Shown in pieces: positions 19,383-29,821 of a stretch of 39,743 nt of DNA. The DNA lies in contig JBHLMQ010000029.1 of the NCBI GenBank assembly GCA_048938005.1, positions 1-39,743 on the forward strand, read 5' to 3'. Each line of letters opens with the position of its first letter. Position 1 is the first letter of the stretch. The DNA is from Promethearchaeota archaeon. Its GTDB lineage: Archaea > Asgardarchaeota > Lokiarchaeia > Sigyniarchaeales > SOKP01. The notes below the pieces were generated by a model, which made no database searches, had not been told where the DNA came from, and worked only from the letters and a program-made list of their open reading frames with translations. The position numbers and the translations under genes were made by a program.

Positions 19383-20674
19383 AAATAGATTATGGTAAGA
19401 AAGGTCTAGAGATAAAACTTGATCCAAAGTGGAATGTTACTATACTCCATCCTAAAGTACAAAAAACGTTTGAGAATCCGATTGGAGAAATCAAAAGGGT
19501 GATTAAAAATCCAGTTGGATCTTTACCTCTTAAAGAAATTGTTAAAAGTAAAAAGATTTTGAAAACTGTCTGTATTATCGCAAACGATGCAACTCGACCA
19601 GTTCCTTCAAGTTTAATTCTTGAGGTTTTAATAGATGAATTAGGAAAGTATGGAATTAAAGATAATCAAATTAAGATCTTGATTGCTACAGGATTGCATC
19701 GTGCTTCTCGCGATGAAGAATTAGAAAGAATCCTTGGAAAGAATTTAAAAATGCGATTAAAAACAATTGATCATATTGCTACTGATAGGAAATCTTTATT
19801 CAACTTAGGAATAACAAAAGATAAAAATCCGATTTTTATAAACAAACATTATTGTGAAGCGGATTTAAAGATTTTAACTGGCTATGTTGAACCTCATTTT
19901 TTTTTTGGATTTTCTGGTGGTCGCAAATCTATAATTCCTGGAATTGCAGGTATAGAAACCATCCAAGCCAATCACTCTGCTGAAAATATTGCCTCTCCAT
20001 ATTCCAGATTTGGAATTTATAAAGAAAATCTATTGCATAAAAATGCAATGGAAATTACTAAAAGGGTGGGTGTAGATTTTATTATTAATGTTTGTATTAA
20101 TGAACTCCATGAAATTGTTGAAATAGCTGCTGGAGATATCGAGAAAGTTCATGAAAAATTGGTGGACTACCAATTAAAACATATTTTCAGGGAAATCAAT
20201 AAGCCTTGTGATATAATAATATGTGGAAATGGAGGATATCCCTTAGATCTTAATTTATATCAAGCTGTTAAGAGTATGGCTATAGGAGAAATGGCTGTAA
20301 AAAAGGGAGGAACAATAATTGCTGTAAATGAATGTGCTGATGGCATCGGAATAGGTCAAGATGAATTTAAAAAATTAATATTTTCTGGAATGGCGCCAGA
20401 GGAAATCCACAAGAAAATATTAAATAAGGAAATTGTCGTACCTGATCAATGGGAAATACAAATTTTAGCTAGAATTCTTATGAAAGCTGATATCTTCGTG
20501 ATATCTAGATTAAAAAAGAATGAATTAGGGAATATCGGTTTAAAATATGCTAAAACCGTTGAGGACGCTATTACAAACTGTTTAAATAAATATGGAGATG
20601 ATGCTTCAATACTGATTTTACCTAACGGCCCTCAAATACTCCCCTTATTGAAAGATCCTAATGAAAATTTATAA
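19379..20674 (+). CDS. larA: nickel-pincer lactate racemase family protein
   Basis: DATRP, ATGLHR, PHFFFGFSGGRKS, GYPLDLNLYQAVK and DQW motifs; ATGA overlap with the upstream gene. Confidence 0.92.
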   Translation: MKIDYGKKGLEIKLDPKWNVTILHPKVQKTFENPIGEIKRVIKNPVGSLPLKEIVKSKKILKTVCIIANDATRPVPSSLILEVLIDELGKYGIKDNQIKILIATGLHRASRDEELERILGKNLKMRLKTIDHIATDRKSLFNLGITKDKNPIFINKHYCEADLKILTGYVEPHFFFGFSGGRKSIIPGIAGIETIQANHSAENIASPYSRFGIYKENLLHKNAMEITKRVGVDFIINVCINELHEIVEIAAGDIEKVHEKLVDYQLKHIFREINKPCDIIICGNGGYPLDLNLYQAVKSMAIGEMAVKKGGTIIAVNECADGIGIGQDEFKKLIFSGMAPEEIHKKILNKEIVVPDQWEIQILARILMKADIFVISRLKKNELGNIGLKYAKTVEDAITNCLNKYGDDASILILPNGPQILPLLKDPNENL

Positions 20675-20949
20675 AATCTCATTAGATAAGGTTTGTAGAA
20701 AGCCCGCAAGATGAAAGTTTTCTGTTTATTTAATATTTATCATAATTAAATACGTGTTAATATTATACATAAAAATACGATGCGGAGAAGAATAGGATCG
20801 TAATATTGGATTAGATATTAACACCTGATATTCTCAGCTTTCGCTTTAAAATTTTTTTTTTTGTTTATATTTTTATATGAAAATTTTGATTAATATTATA
20901 GGTATAAACCTTGGTTCCTATATGAATCGTTAGGTATAAGAATAGGAAA

Positions 20950-22680
20950 ATGGAGATCGGGAAGTTCTGGTTAAAATTTTCACCGTTGAAAATAGCTAGC
21001 TATTCATCAATTATCTTGAATTCAATTTGTATTGTTTTAGGTATTATATATATATCAAATCCTAGTTATTCAATTTTATGGGATGTTTTTGGGATCATTC
21101 TATTAACTACACTATTTGGGAATCTTACACTTATTTTTATAAATTCAAGTAAAAATAATGAAAAGAATATTTTCAGAACTAAAATGACCTTATTCAGTTA
21201 CTTTTATTTAATATTTATCATTATTGCCATGGTTAGCTTGATGCTTGGTAATTTACTTATATCTGTAACCTATTCCAATCAATTACTTGATAATTTAGGC
21301 GCTTATACGTTAATTTATTTTTTCTATTTTGGAGTCTTAACTATTGGAATAAGTTATGCTATTTTTGGAATCAAAATGTTTAATAATTCAACATCATTAA
21401 CTCAAAATCAAAATTTCGAGAGTGGACCTTCAAGAAGATTTTTAAAATTCAAAAGAATCTTAAAAAAAGTTACTATAATCATCTCAAGAACCACCTTCAT
21501 TATAGGAATTATTTTTGGAATCGTTTCAATATTCGGATCTTTTGAAATTGTAACTACAATAATCGCAATAATTTCAGGTCAATTTGGTATATTTTTTTCA
21601 ATAATATTTTTCGCAAATACAATTTTGCTTTTGAAATTAAAACATCGTAACTGGAAATCTAAAAAATTTTATAGAACAACCACTATTGGAGTCTTGGTAT
21701 CTGGATTATTATTAGTTCCTCTATTTTTAACACAACACACCATTACAGATATTGAAAGAAATTTTTCAAACACTTTTGGTCCAAACTGGCGAGATAGGAT
21801 CCCCCCTGTGGCAAACCAATACTTCTTAGAAACTCCTTTTTCATTATCTGGTTACTTTTTAGGTATACCTCCCAAAGATTGTATAATTGAAACAAATACT
21901 CTGTTTTATAATGATGAAGGTATACAATTGTATTTTGATGCTTATATGCCTTTAAATAAAGGGGAAAACCTTCCAGGAGAGAATTCAACCCTTATAAGAA
22001 TCCATGGAGGGGGATGGGTTTCTGGTGATAAAGGGATGATGAATATGATGCAGATGAATAAATATTTCGCAGCCCAAGGGTATTCTGTCTTTGATATTCA
22101 ATATGGTATAGCTGATAATCCATTATTTTCATTAGATCCACTAACACCTAATTATAAGAAAGGAGATTTTAATATAGATGATATGATGCGCCATATTGGT
22201 ATATTTACTAGATATCTTGCTAACAATTCTATAAAATATAACGCAAATTTAGATTCTGTATTTATAAGTGGTGGATCGGCAGGAGGTCATCTTACATGTG
22301 CTGTAGCTTTAGCTATAGCAAGCGGAGATTACAATCATATTTTTAGTGGAAATTTAACAATTAAAGGATTAATTCCTTTCTATCCTGCAAATGGTCAAAT
22401 GGGCTTTTTTGGAATAAGTGGTAGTGATGAATTTAAAAACCCAGAAAAACTAATTGACACTGAGAGTCCTCCTTGTCTAATTTTTCAAGGAACTCACGAT
22501 ATTTTGAATTATTTTAGTATATCTAGAAATATCCAAAATACCTATTATGCTAAAGGTAATGAATATTGTGCTATTTTATGGATGCCCCTTGGTGGTCATG
22601 CATCAGACTTCTATTTTACAGGTAATTATAACCAAATATTTTTATATTATATGGAACGCTTCATGTATCTTTACCATTGA
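20950..22680 (+). CDS. multi-pass membrane protein with C-terminal alpha/beta hydrolase (HSL-like esterase/lipase)
   Basis: about 7 N-terminal TM helices; HGGGW, GGSAGGH, QGTHD and GGH catalytic motifs. Confidence 0.9.
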   Translation: MEIGKFWLKFSPLKIASYSSIILNSICIVLGIIYISNPSYSILWDVFGIILLTTLFGNLTLIFINSSKNNEKNIFRTKMTLFSYFYLIFIIIAMVSLMLGNLLISVTYSNQLLDNLGAYTLIYFFYFGVLTIGISYAIFGIKMFNNSTSLTQNQNFESGPSRRFLKFKRILKKVTIIISRTTFIIGIIFGIVSIFGSFEIVTTIIAIISGQFGIFFSIIFFANTILLLKLKHRNWKSKKFYRTTTIGVLVSGLLLVPLFLTQHTITDIERNFSNTFGPNWRDRIPPVANQYFLETPFSLSGYFLGIPPKDCIIETNTLFYNDEGIQLYFDAYMPLNKGENLPGENSTLIRIHGGGWVSGDKGMMNMMQMNKYFAAQGYSVFDIQYGIADNPLFSLDPLTPNYKKGDFNIDDMMRHIGIFTRYLANNSIKYNANLDSVFISGGSAGGHLTCAVALAIASGDYNHIFSGNLTIKGLIPFYPANGQMGFFGISGSDEFKNPEKLIDTESPPCLIFQGTHDILNYFSISRNIQNTYYAKGNEYCAILWMPLGGHASDFYFTGNYNQIFLYYMERFMYLYH

Positions 22681-23004
22681 CTTTTTCAATTAAATTGTAC
22701 ACAAAAAGAATTACTAATTTTCAAATATTTATAAAATATAATTTCCCACGAAATACCCATATTTCGTCTGTTCGTTAACATATAACAACTTTGAATAGTT
22801 AAATATATATATTATGAAGTAACTTAAATAGACATAGTCAATAAAAAAATGTTTTACAAAATTATAAAAATTATAATTTAAAACAATTAATTTTAATTAC
22901 ACAACTGATCATTATGATCACAGAAAAGCAAATTCGTTGATCAATATCACTATTGATTAATACTCTTACAGCTGAAAAAAAATAATAACAATAAGTGAAT
23001 AAGT

Positions 23005-23937
23005 ATGAGCTATAAAGATAGACTCCGTTCAAATAAAACCGGTTCAGAAGAAAATGCTAGGTGTAGTTCAGATGCTCTATGTTGCAATAACCCTTGTATC
23101 GAATCTCGAGATGGAGATAATGTATGTCTGAATTGTGGTATGGTTATTGAAAGAAATCTTGTGGGAAATGAACGAAGAGCGTACACAATAGAAGAAGTCA
23201 ATAAAAGACGCAGAACAGAACCTCGATGGAGAGAATTTGGACCCAGAACAATGCTTCCGAACACAAAAATCGACTCAAAAGGCCGTTTGATTAATGCAAG
23301 AGGTAAAACTCTATTTTCAAGATTATCCAAGATTCAGAATTCATTAATTTCAAGTATTGAAAGAAATTTCTGGGAAGCCAAGCCAAAATTGAAGATGCTT
23401 ACGTCTAAAATGAATATTCCAGAGTATATCAAGGAAACAGCATGGAAAATCTATAGTGTAGTAGCTAGAAAAAAATTAACAATGGGACGATCTATTGACG
23501 GATTTATAGCTGCCTCATTATATGCAGCAATTAGAGTACATGAGTTCCCAAGATTACTCGAAGAAGTATGTGAAGCTTCAATGACACCAAGAAGGACTGT
23601 ACACCGCTCTTTGGGTATGGTCGTTAAGGAGGTGCTTCCCGAATTGAATTTGAAATATAAACCGATTACAGCTGAACAATTGGTGTTCAGATTTGGAAAT
23701 GATTTAAATCTACCGATGAACATACAAAAGAATGCAGTTAATATGTTAGCAGAAGCATCTAAAAATGGATTATTGCGAACAGGTAAAGATCCAAAGGGAT
23801 TAGCCGCAAGTGTTATTTATATGGCAGCTAAAGCTGGAAACTATAGGAAAACTCAAGCCGAAGTTTCGGATATAGCTAAAGTTACGGAGGTAACCCTTAG
23901 ATCTCGCTCCAAACAGATAAAAAGCAAGCTCCAATAA
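23005..23937 (+). CDS. tfb: transcription initiation factor IIB
   Basis: Zn ribbon CC..VCLNCG; cyclin repeats GRS..AASLY and GKDPKGLAAS; TQAEV..VTEVTLR. Confidence 0.95.
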   Translation: MSYKDRLRSNKTGSEENARCSSDALCCNNPCIESRDGDNVCLNCGMVIERNLVGNERRAYTIEEVNKRRRTEPRWREFGPRTMLPNTKIDSKGRLINARGKTLFSRLSKIQNSLISSIERNFWEAKPKLKMLTSKMNIPEYIKETAWKIYSVVARKKLTMGRSIDGFIAASLYAAIRVHEFPRLLEEVCEASMTPRRTVHRSLGMVVKEVLPELNLKYKPITAEQLVFRFGNDLNLPMNIQKNAVNMLAEASKNGLLRTGKDPKGLAASVIYMAAKAGNYRKTQAEVSDIAKVTEVTLRSRSKQIKSKLQ

Positions 23938-23963
23938 AGAGATATCTTAGTTTTGAGCAAAGA

Positions 23964-24006
23964 AATTAATTATTTTTTATTTTTCTTTTTTTTAATTATT
24001 TTTTAT
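23964..24006 (+). terminator. oligo-T terminator region
   Basis: consecutive T runs just after the tfb stop. Confidence 0.45.
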
Positions 24007-24094
24007 TCATAATTAAAATACTTTTTTTAAAATCTAATTTAACTCATTTATTTCATTAATGAGCAATTTAAGCAATTTATGATTAATACCCTAC

Positions 24095-24111
24095 AAAAAA
24101 GTATTTATATA
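24095..24111 (+). promoter_or_regulatory. BRE/TATA-like promoter
   Basis: AAAAAAGTA-TTTATATA about 45 nt upstream of the ATG at 24156. Confidence 0.45.
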
Positions 24112-24155
24112 ACAAAATTTCAAGTATACTTGAGTATTAAAGTTCGTGAGAAATA

Positions 24156-25361
24156 ATGGATGGGATTGAAGTTTTATTAGGCATTTTAAGTATAATAATT
24201 GGTTACCTTTTAGGGTCAATTTTACCCGCTTATCTTTTCGGTAAATTAAAAGGGATCGATATTAGAGAGGAGGGTACTAAAAATGCCGGGACAGCAAATG
24301 CATTTCGAGTATTAGGACTTCCATATGCTATCCCAACAGCATTATATGATGCATTGAAGGGATTACTGGCCATTCTAATAGCTGCTTATATAGGTGCACC
24401 TTTTATTTTCATGCAAATTAGTGGATTAATTGCTATATATGGTCATGTTTTTCCCTTTTATTTAAGGTTTCGTGGTGGAGAAGGGAATGCAACTGCAACT
24501 GGATTACTAATTTTTTATCTTGTGAATTATATTATTGCTGGTTTTGAAATATTTTATGTTGTAATCTATATAGTTATACTTGTAGCATTATTTACCTATA
24601 TATCTAAATCAGGTTCAATTTTACCGGTTATAGTATTTCCTCTCCTTGGTTATTCTGTGTTTATACATTATCCAACAAGTCCTTTCAATATCTTTTTTTG
24701 TATAGTTCTTCTGCACATTGCCTCAATTGGAATGCATAAAGTAATTACACAGAAGAAGTTAGTAATTGATGATGAAGAATTTTTATCACGTTGGTGGAGA
24801 GTTGCTATAAGACCTGTTGCACTCTTGTTCTTGTTATTTTATTTTATATTTTCGCAAATTGTAGCACTTACCATAATAGGTATTGTAACCTTATGTTTTG
24901 TTGCCCTTGATTTGTCTCGTTTTCTTTCAAAACAAACTCAAGAATTATTGACAGTTAGAGTCAAATCAATTTTTAGAAAAGGTGAGGAAAAGAAATTATC
25001 GTCAATGACTATATTTTTAATCTCAACTTTTATTGTTGTATTATTATTGGAAAGAAATATTGCTGTAACTACTTTGGTTTTCCTCACATTTGGTGATATG
25101 TATAGTAAAATATTTGGATTAGCTTATGGTCGTCATAAATTATTTGATAAGACTATTGAGGGAACTCTTGCTTATGCTGGCGCTATAATGATTTTTGGTT
25201 ATGTTATTTATACTGCAATTGATATATCGTTATTAGTCCTAATAATAGGAGGAATTACAGCAACCATTTCTGAATTTTTACCACTGGGGATGAATGATAA
25301 TTTTACAGTACCAATTATAAGTGGCGCTGTAATGACAGTTGCGGTATTATTTGGATTATAA
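24156..25361 (+). CDS. plsY: PlsY-like glycerol-3-phosphate acyltransferase fused to a CTP-dependent lipid kinase domain (dolichol/phytol/Dgk1 type)
   Basis: GYLLGSI, DIREEGTKNAGTAN, DALKG, GHVFP..FRGG; C-terminal FGD..G..G, KTIEG, E..DNFTVP. Confidence 0.85.
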   Translation: MDGIEVLLGILSIIIGYLLGSILPAYLFGKLKGIDIREEGTKNAGTANAFRVLGLPYAIPTALYDALKGLLAILIAAYIGAPFIFMQISGLIAIYGHVFPFYLRFRGGEGNATATGLLIFYLVNYIIAGFEIFYVVIYIVILVALFTYISKSGSILPVIVFPLLGYSVFIHYPTSPFNIFFCIVLLHIASIGMHKVITQKKLVIDDEEFLSRWWRVAIRPVALLFLLFYFIFSQIVALTIIGIVTLCFVALDLSRFLSKQTQELLTVRVKSIFRKGEEKKLSSMTIFLISTFIVVLLLERNIAVTTLVFLTFGDMYSKIFGLAYGRHKLFDKTIEGTLAYAGAIMIFGYVIYTAIDISLLVLIIGGITATISEFLPLGMNDNFTVPIISGAVMTVAVLFGL

Positions 25362-25528
25362 TAATTTGAAATTGTTTTTTTTTTGACAATTGATTAGATT
25401 CAAAAAAATAATAAGAGATTCTTAGGAAAAAAAGAAGAAAAATTTTAAATAAATTCCAATTATATTATTTCTCTTAAAAACTCTAATAATATTTTCACCT
25501 GAGATCAGATAAAAGGATTGAAATTAAT

Positions 25529-26146
25529 TTGAAAAAATGGCCTATAACTTGTATAACGGGTATTTTGATTATTATTATTTCTTGGGGTGGAGTAATTATA
25601 TCAGTTTTATTAGCTCCGCCCCCTTTCAGCCCTTTAACTAATTATCTGAGCAGTTTAGGCAATTCTATATATAATCCTAATGGAGCCATTATTTATAATA
25701 GCTCAGTGATCATATCTGGGATTTTGTTTTTAATTTTCTTTATAGGATTTAATCAGTGGTATACTAATGTAAAATTGGATAAAATTATATTATCAGCAAT
25801 TCAAATAATAGGATGCTTTTTATCAATTATAATTGTTTTAACAGGATTATTTTCTGAAGACTTTTATATGGAACAACATGTACTTCTGTCAATTATAGCA
25901 GGAATTTTAGGTTTTTTAGTTCAGGTTTCTATAACTTTTTATTTAATTAAACAAGAAGAATCTATTAAAAGAATCTCTTATTCTATTTTTGGATTAATGG
26001 TACTTTATATTGTGCTCCTATTCATATTATCTCCTCAACATGTTATAACTGAATGGGTTGTTAGGTCGATTGGTGATATTACTTTGATATTAATGATTTA
26101 TAATCTTAATTATATATATCAAGTAAGAAATAAGACTAATTCCTAA
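25529..26146 (+). CDS. DUF998-like membrane protein
   Basis: FSPLTNYLSSLG, N..A.IYN, GLFSED..H and EW motifs; multiple TMs. Confidence 0.75.
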   Translation: MKKWPITCITGILIIIISWGGVIISVLLAPPPFSPLTNYLSSLGNSIYNPNGAIIYNSSVIISGILFLIFFIGFNQWYTNVKLDKIILSAIQIIGCFLSIIIVLTGLFSEDFYMEQHVLLSIIAGILGFLVQVSITFYLIKQEESIKRISYSIFGLMVLYIVLLFILSPQHVITEWVVRSIGDITLILMIYNLNYIYQVRNKTNS

Positions 26147-26168
26147 ATTCTAACTTCAATTAGAGCAT

Positions 26169-26801
26169 TTATTTTGCTAAACGATATAGCTTAATCGACA
26201 TAATAAATATCCAAGAAATCGGAACAAAAAGTCCTAGTCGTTGTACTAATCCATTCACTAAGGAGAGATCAATATATATCGCAATAGGCGAATAAATGAG
26301 TAAAAAAATTCCAACTAGCACTAAAAAGAGCCACCAATATTTTCGCCAGTTATTATCTTTCCATACTGGGTATAATGAAAGAAGAATTGCAATAGGTATG
26401 GCATACGTGGGAAATTGTATAAGTACATTATGACCTATCCCTGTAAAAGTAACATTTCTACAACCTGCATCACACGGGAACATTGAAAGCGCAAAAATGC
26501 AGATACCAGAAAGGATAAAGAGAATCATACTAATTGTTGTTAATAGATGTTTTTTAACGCCTATGTAAAGACCAATCCCAAAAAAAATCAAATAAAGGCC
26601 AAATACAACAAAACCTAAGATATTCATAACTGTATTGTATGGAGCTTCTGGTGTGGCGAGCTCACTAATGAATTGACTAATTGGGTTATAGCCAGGATAA
26701 AGAAATCCTAAAACTGTAAATACAATAGCATTAGTTATTGGTCCTATAATGCCAAAGATGGCTGATGTTTTCTGAAGTCGGCTAATGTGAATTAAATCCA
26801 T
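26169..26801 (-). CDS. DUF998 family membrane protein
   Basis: PGYNPISQFISEL, FPCDAGC, H and GLVQR motifs. Confidence 0.85.
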   Translation of the reverse strand: MDLIHISRLQKTSAIFGIIGPITNAIVFTVLGFLYPGYNPISQFISELATPEAPYNTVMNILGFVVFGLYLIFFGIGLYIGVKKHLLTTISMILFILSGICIFALSMFPCDAGCRNVTFTGIGHNVLIQFPTYAIPIAILLSLYPVWKDNNWRKYWWLFLVLVGIFLLIYSPIAIYIDLSLVNGLVQRLGLFVPISWIFIMSIKLYRLAK

Positions 26802-27046
26802 ATCCCCTAACCTGTTAATTTATTAAAACCGTGAACTGAATAAATACTTTTCTAAATCTCTCTATTACTAATAAAACTTATATTATAAATAATTTTGCAT
26901 ATGATAAACTTCAAATAGAGGTCAATGATACTGACAAAAATTTTTACTTTGAATTTAAAAACTCCATTCTATTAGTATTGAATTTTCTCTTTTTTAATAA
27001 TAAAAATAATGTTATATATGTATATTATTATCTTTTCTATATACTG

Positions 27047-27793
27047 ATGAGCTATATAGAAAAAAAATATAATCGTAAGATCAATGAAATTTTTGAAGAT
27101 TTACCAAGTTTAGAAAGTTATTTAATTAAATTATTGAATAGAAATTCTGTTAAAGTTATTGATGAAATAGCTAGTGTATGTGCAAAATTTAATAGAAATA
27201 TTAATCTAATTCTTAAGAAGTATTATCCTGAAATAAAAGAAATGAACGATAAACTGGAAATAAAATCAACCTTAAAATTCTATTACGATCTAATCGATAA
27301 ATTGACAGATTTAGTAAGAAATATTGAAAATTTTAGGAAAATTGATCCAGAATATTATAATAAATTAATCGAGTTCATAGATAATAAAGAAAATTTAATT
27401 AACGGAAAATATAGAGCTATTTGTACACAGGAATTAACTGCTTTTTATGACCCAATCTCACGGGAAAATTTAGAAAAAATTCTATTAGAAAAATTTGAAA
27501 AAAAGAGTAAGCAATACTTCACATTTGGATCCTTGGAAGAAGAAATCAAAAAAATAGCAAAAATTGCTGGTGCTGATTTTATCTTGATAAGTCGAGCAGA
27601 TAATTCGGCGTTAGTGGAATTACAATCAGCAATGTCACTTATTGATTTTGGAGTTTCTAATGATGTGGAAAAAGAAAATTTAAATAATATAGGAAATGAA
27701 ATAAAAAATTTTTTAGAATCGAAAAACTTTCAAGTAATATCTAAACCAGGGTTGATTATTACCAATGCAAAATTAGTTCCTGATGATGATTAA
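27047..27793 (+). CDS. hypothetical helical protein
   Basis: long ORF; ATG 27047 (MSYIEK) preferred because the upstream extension is low-complexity promoter-like DNA. Confidence 0.8.
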   Translation: MSYIEKKYNRKINEIFEDLPSLESYLIKLLNRNSVKVIDEIASVCAKFNRNINLILKKYYPEIKEMNDKLEIKSTLKFYYDLIDKLTDLVRNIENFRKIDPEYYNKLIEFIDNKENLINGKYRAICTQELTAFYDPISRENLEKILLEKFEKKSKQYFTFGSLEEEIKKIAKIAGADFILISRADNSALVELQSAMSLIDFGVSNDVEKENLNNIGNEIKNFLESKNFQVISKPGLIITNAKLVPDDD

Positions 27794-27950
27794 TCAATCA
27801 GTCCAATATCAAGCTTTAGTATGATAAAACTTATTTGACAATATTGTTTTAAAGGGACTGATGAATAAATATTGTAAATTACTAAAAGGAGTTAATCTCA
27901 TAATCTCATAAAATATATAATTTTTGAACCATTATCATTGATGATTTTCT

Positions 27951-29426
27951 ATGGCAAAAAAGAAAAAAGAAGCTCCAATAACTGGGATAACCGTTTCAAA
28001 AGAAGAAGATTTTTCTGCTTGGTATACAGAATTAATCAATAAAGCAGAATTAGCAGATATTAGATATAATGTTAAAGGATTTATTGTGTATCGTGAATGG
28101 GCGACTATCACGATTAATAAAATGTATAGAAAATATGAGGCGTTATTAGAGAAAAAAGGACATTTACCACTTACTATGCCTTCATTAATCCCTGAGTCAA
28201 ATTTCTTACTTGAGGCCCAGCATGTTGAAGGTTTTGCTCCAGAAGTATTTTGGGTTACTGAAGCAGGAAGTTCTGGTAAATTAGCAGAACGTTTAGCATT
28301 ACGTCCTACAAGTGAAACTGCTTTATATAAAATGTATCCTTTGTGGATAAGAAGTTATAAAGATTTACCGTTTAAGAGGTATTTATCATGCCAAGTTTGG
28401 AGATATGAGACAAAAATGACTAGACCTTTTTTTAGAGGTAGAGAATTTCATTGGATCGAATCTCATAATGTATTTGCAACTGAAAAAGATGCAATGGCAC
28501 AAGTAAAAGAGGATATGGAAATAACTTATCAGATGCTTCAAGATGAATTCGGGATACCGATCATATTTTTCCAAAGACCTCAATGGGATAAATTCGCTGG
28601 AGCAGTAAATACTTACGCTGCTGATGCGCTCATGGGTTCTGGGAAAGTTCTTCAATTACCCTCTACACATTACTTGGGGCAGAATTTTTCAAAAGTTTTT
28701 GATGTGAAATTTATTGATAAAGATGGGAAAGAGAAATACGGATATCAAACTTGTTATGGTCCAGCTCAAAGCAGGATATATGGAGCTATGATTGCCTACC
28801 TTGGCGATGATAAAGGCTTAGTTTTACCTTTTGACCTTGCTCCAATCCAGATAGTTATTATCCCCATAATTTATAAGGGTAAAGAGAGAGAAATTTTAGA
28901 AAAAGCAAGTTCTATTTATCAAAAATTCAAAGATACATATATTGTCAGACTTGATGATTCAGATGAATCTGTTGGTGTTAAATTCTACTATTGGGAGTTG
29001 AAAGGAGTACCAATTAGAATTGAAGTAGGACCTAAGGATATTGAAAAGAATCAGGTAATAGTAGTAAAAAGGCACGATGGTGTTAGATATAATGTAAAAG
29101 AGATTAATTTAGAGAAAAAGATTGATGAAATTGCTCAAAACTATACAAAAGAGATCAAAGAAAAATCATTAATCGATTTTGAATCTCAAATCGACGTTAC
29201 TTATGAAAAGGATGCAGCAATTGAAGCAATTAATAATGGAAAAATCGTCTGTTGTGGATTTTGTTCAATTGATATGGACGCATATCACTGTGCTGAAGTA
29301 GTTGAAAAAGAAATTGGTGGATTTGTTCGTGGTATACGAGTTGATGAGGAAATACATGAGTTTGCAACTTGTCTAATATGTGGTAAACCTGCGGGATGTA
29401 CTGTGTACATCGCTAAGAGTTATTAA
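27951..29426 (+). CDS. proS: proline--tRNA ligase, archaeal/eukaryotic type
   Basis: FSAWY, HVEGFAPE, LRPTSE, RxRE motif 2, C-terminal Zn domain ending AKSY. Confidence 0.97.
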   Translation: MAKKKKEAPITGITVSKEEDFSAWYTELINKAELADIRYNVKGFIVYREWATITINKMYRKYEALLEKKGHLPLTMPSLIPESNFLLEAQHVEGFAPEVFWVTEAGSSGKLAERLALRPTSETALYKMYPLWIRSYKDLPFKRYLSCQVWRYETKMTRPFFRGREFHWIESHNVFATEKDAMAQVKEDMEITYQMLQDEFGIPIIFFQRPQWDKFAGAVNTYAADALMGSGKVLQLPSTHYLGQNFSKVFDVKFIDKDGKEKYGYQTCYGPAQSRIYGAMIAYLGDDKGLVLPFDLAPIQIVIIPIIYKGKEREILEKASSIYQKFKDTYIVRLDDSDESVGVKFYYWELKGVPIRIEVGPKDIEKNQVIVVKRHDGVRYNVKEINLEKKIDEIAQNYTKEIKEKSLIDFESQIDVTYEKDAAIEAINNGKIVCCGFCSIDMDAYHCAEVVEKEIGGFVRGIRVDEEIHEFATCLICGKPAGCTVYIAKSY

Positions 29427-29524
29427 ATAAAAAAATGAAAATCTCTTTTCATCTATAAATCTTTTTATATTTGATAAAAATAAATAATTTAATATAGAAT
29501 TCACATTTTTATCTGTGATATATT

Positions 29525-29701
29525 ATGGTAGCTAAAGAAAAAGTTTTGGATGTATTTAAAAGTACAGATAAACCTTTACGGCCTAGTGAAATTGCTGAGC
29601 AAACTGGTATTGAATCTAAGGAAGTATCTAAAATAATTAAAGTATTACGTGAAGAAGGAAAAGTTTTTTCCCCTAAACGTTGTTATTATGCGTTAAAATA
29701 A
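29525..29701 (+). CDS. small winged helix-turn-helix protein (58 aa, not in the ORF track)
   Basis: MVAKEKVLDVFKSTDKPLRPSEIAEQTGIESKEVSKIIKVLREEGKVFSPKRCYYALK. Confidence 0.85.
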   Translation: MVAKEKVLDVFKSTDKPLRPSEIAEQTGIESKEVSKIIKVLREEGKVFSPKRCYYALK

Positions 29702-29821
29702 TTACTAATAACTAATTAACTTAGTTTTAAATCTAATCTTTTTTTTAATAAGATGATTTTTTAAATTAAAGATTGTGAGACATACTTTAAATTGAGGAAA
29801 AAAAAAGAAAGTATAGAAGCT

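Noticed and set aside
20820-20845. TPP riboswitch (CTGAGA and ACCTGAT words)
   Set aside because: The two words are on opposite strands, the other conserved elements are missing, and there is no thiamine gene nearby.
26978-27046. N-terminal extension of the 26978 ORF
   Set aside because: F/N/Y-rich translation of AT-rich promoter DNA; ATG 27047 is more plausible.
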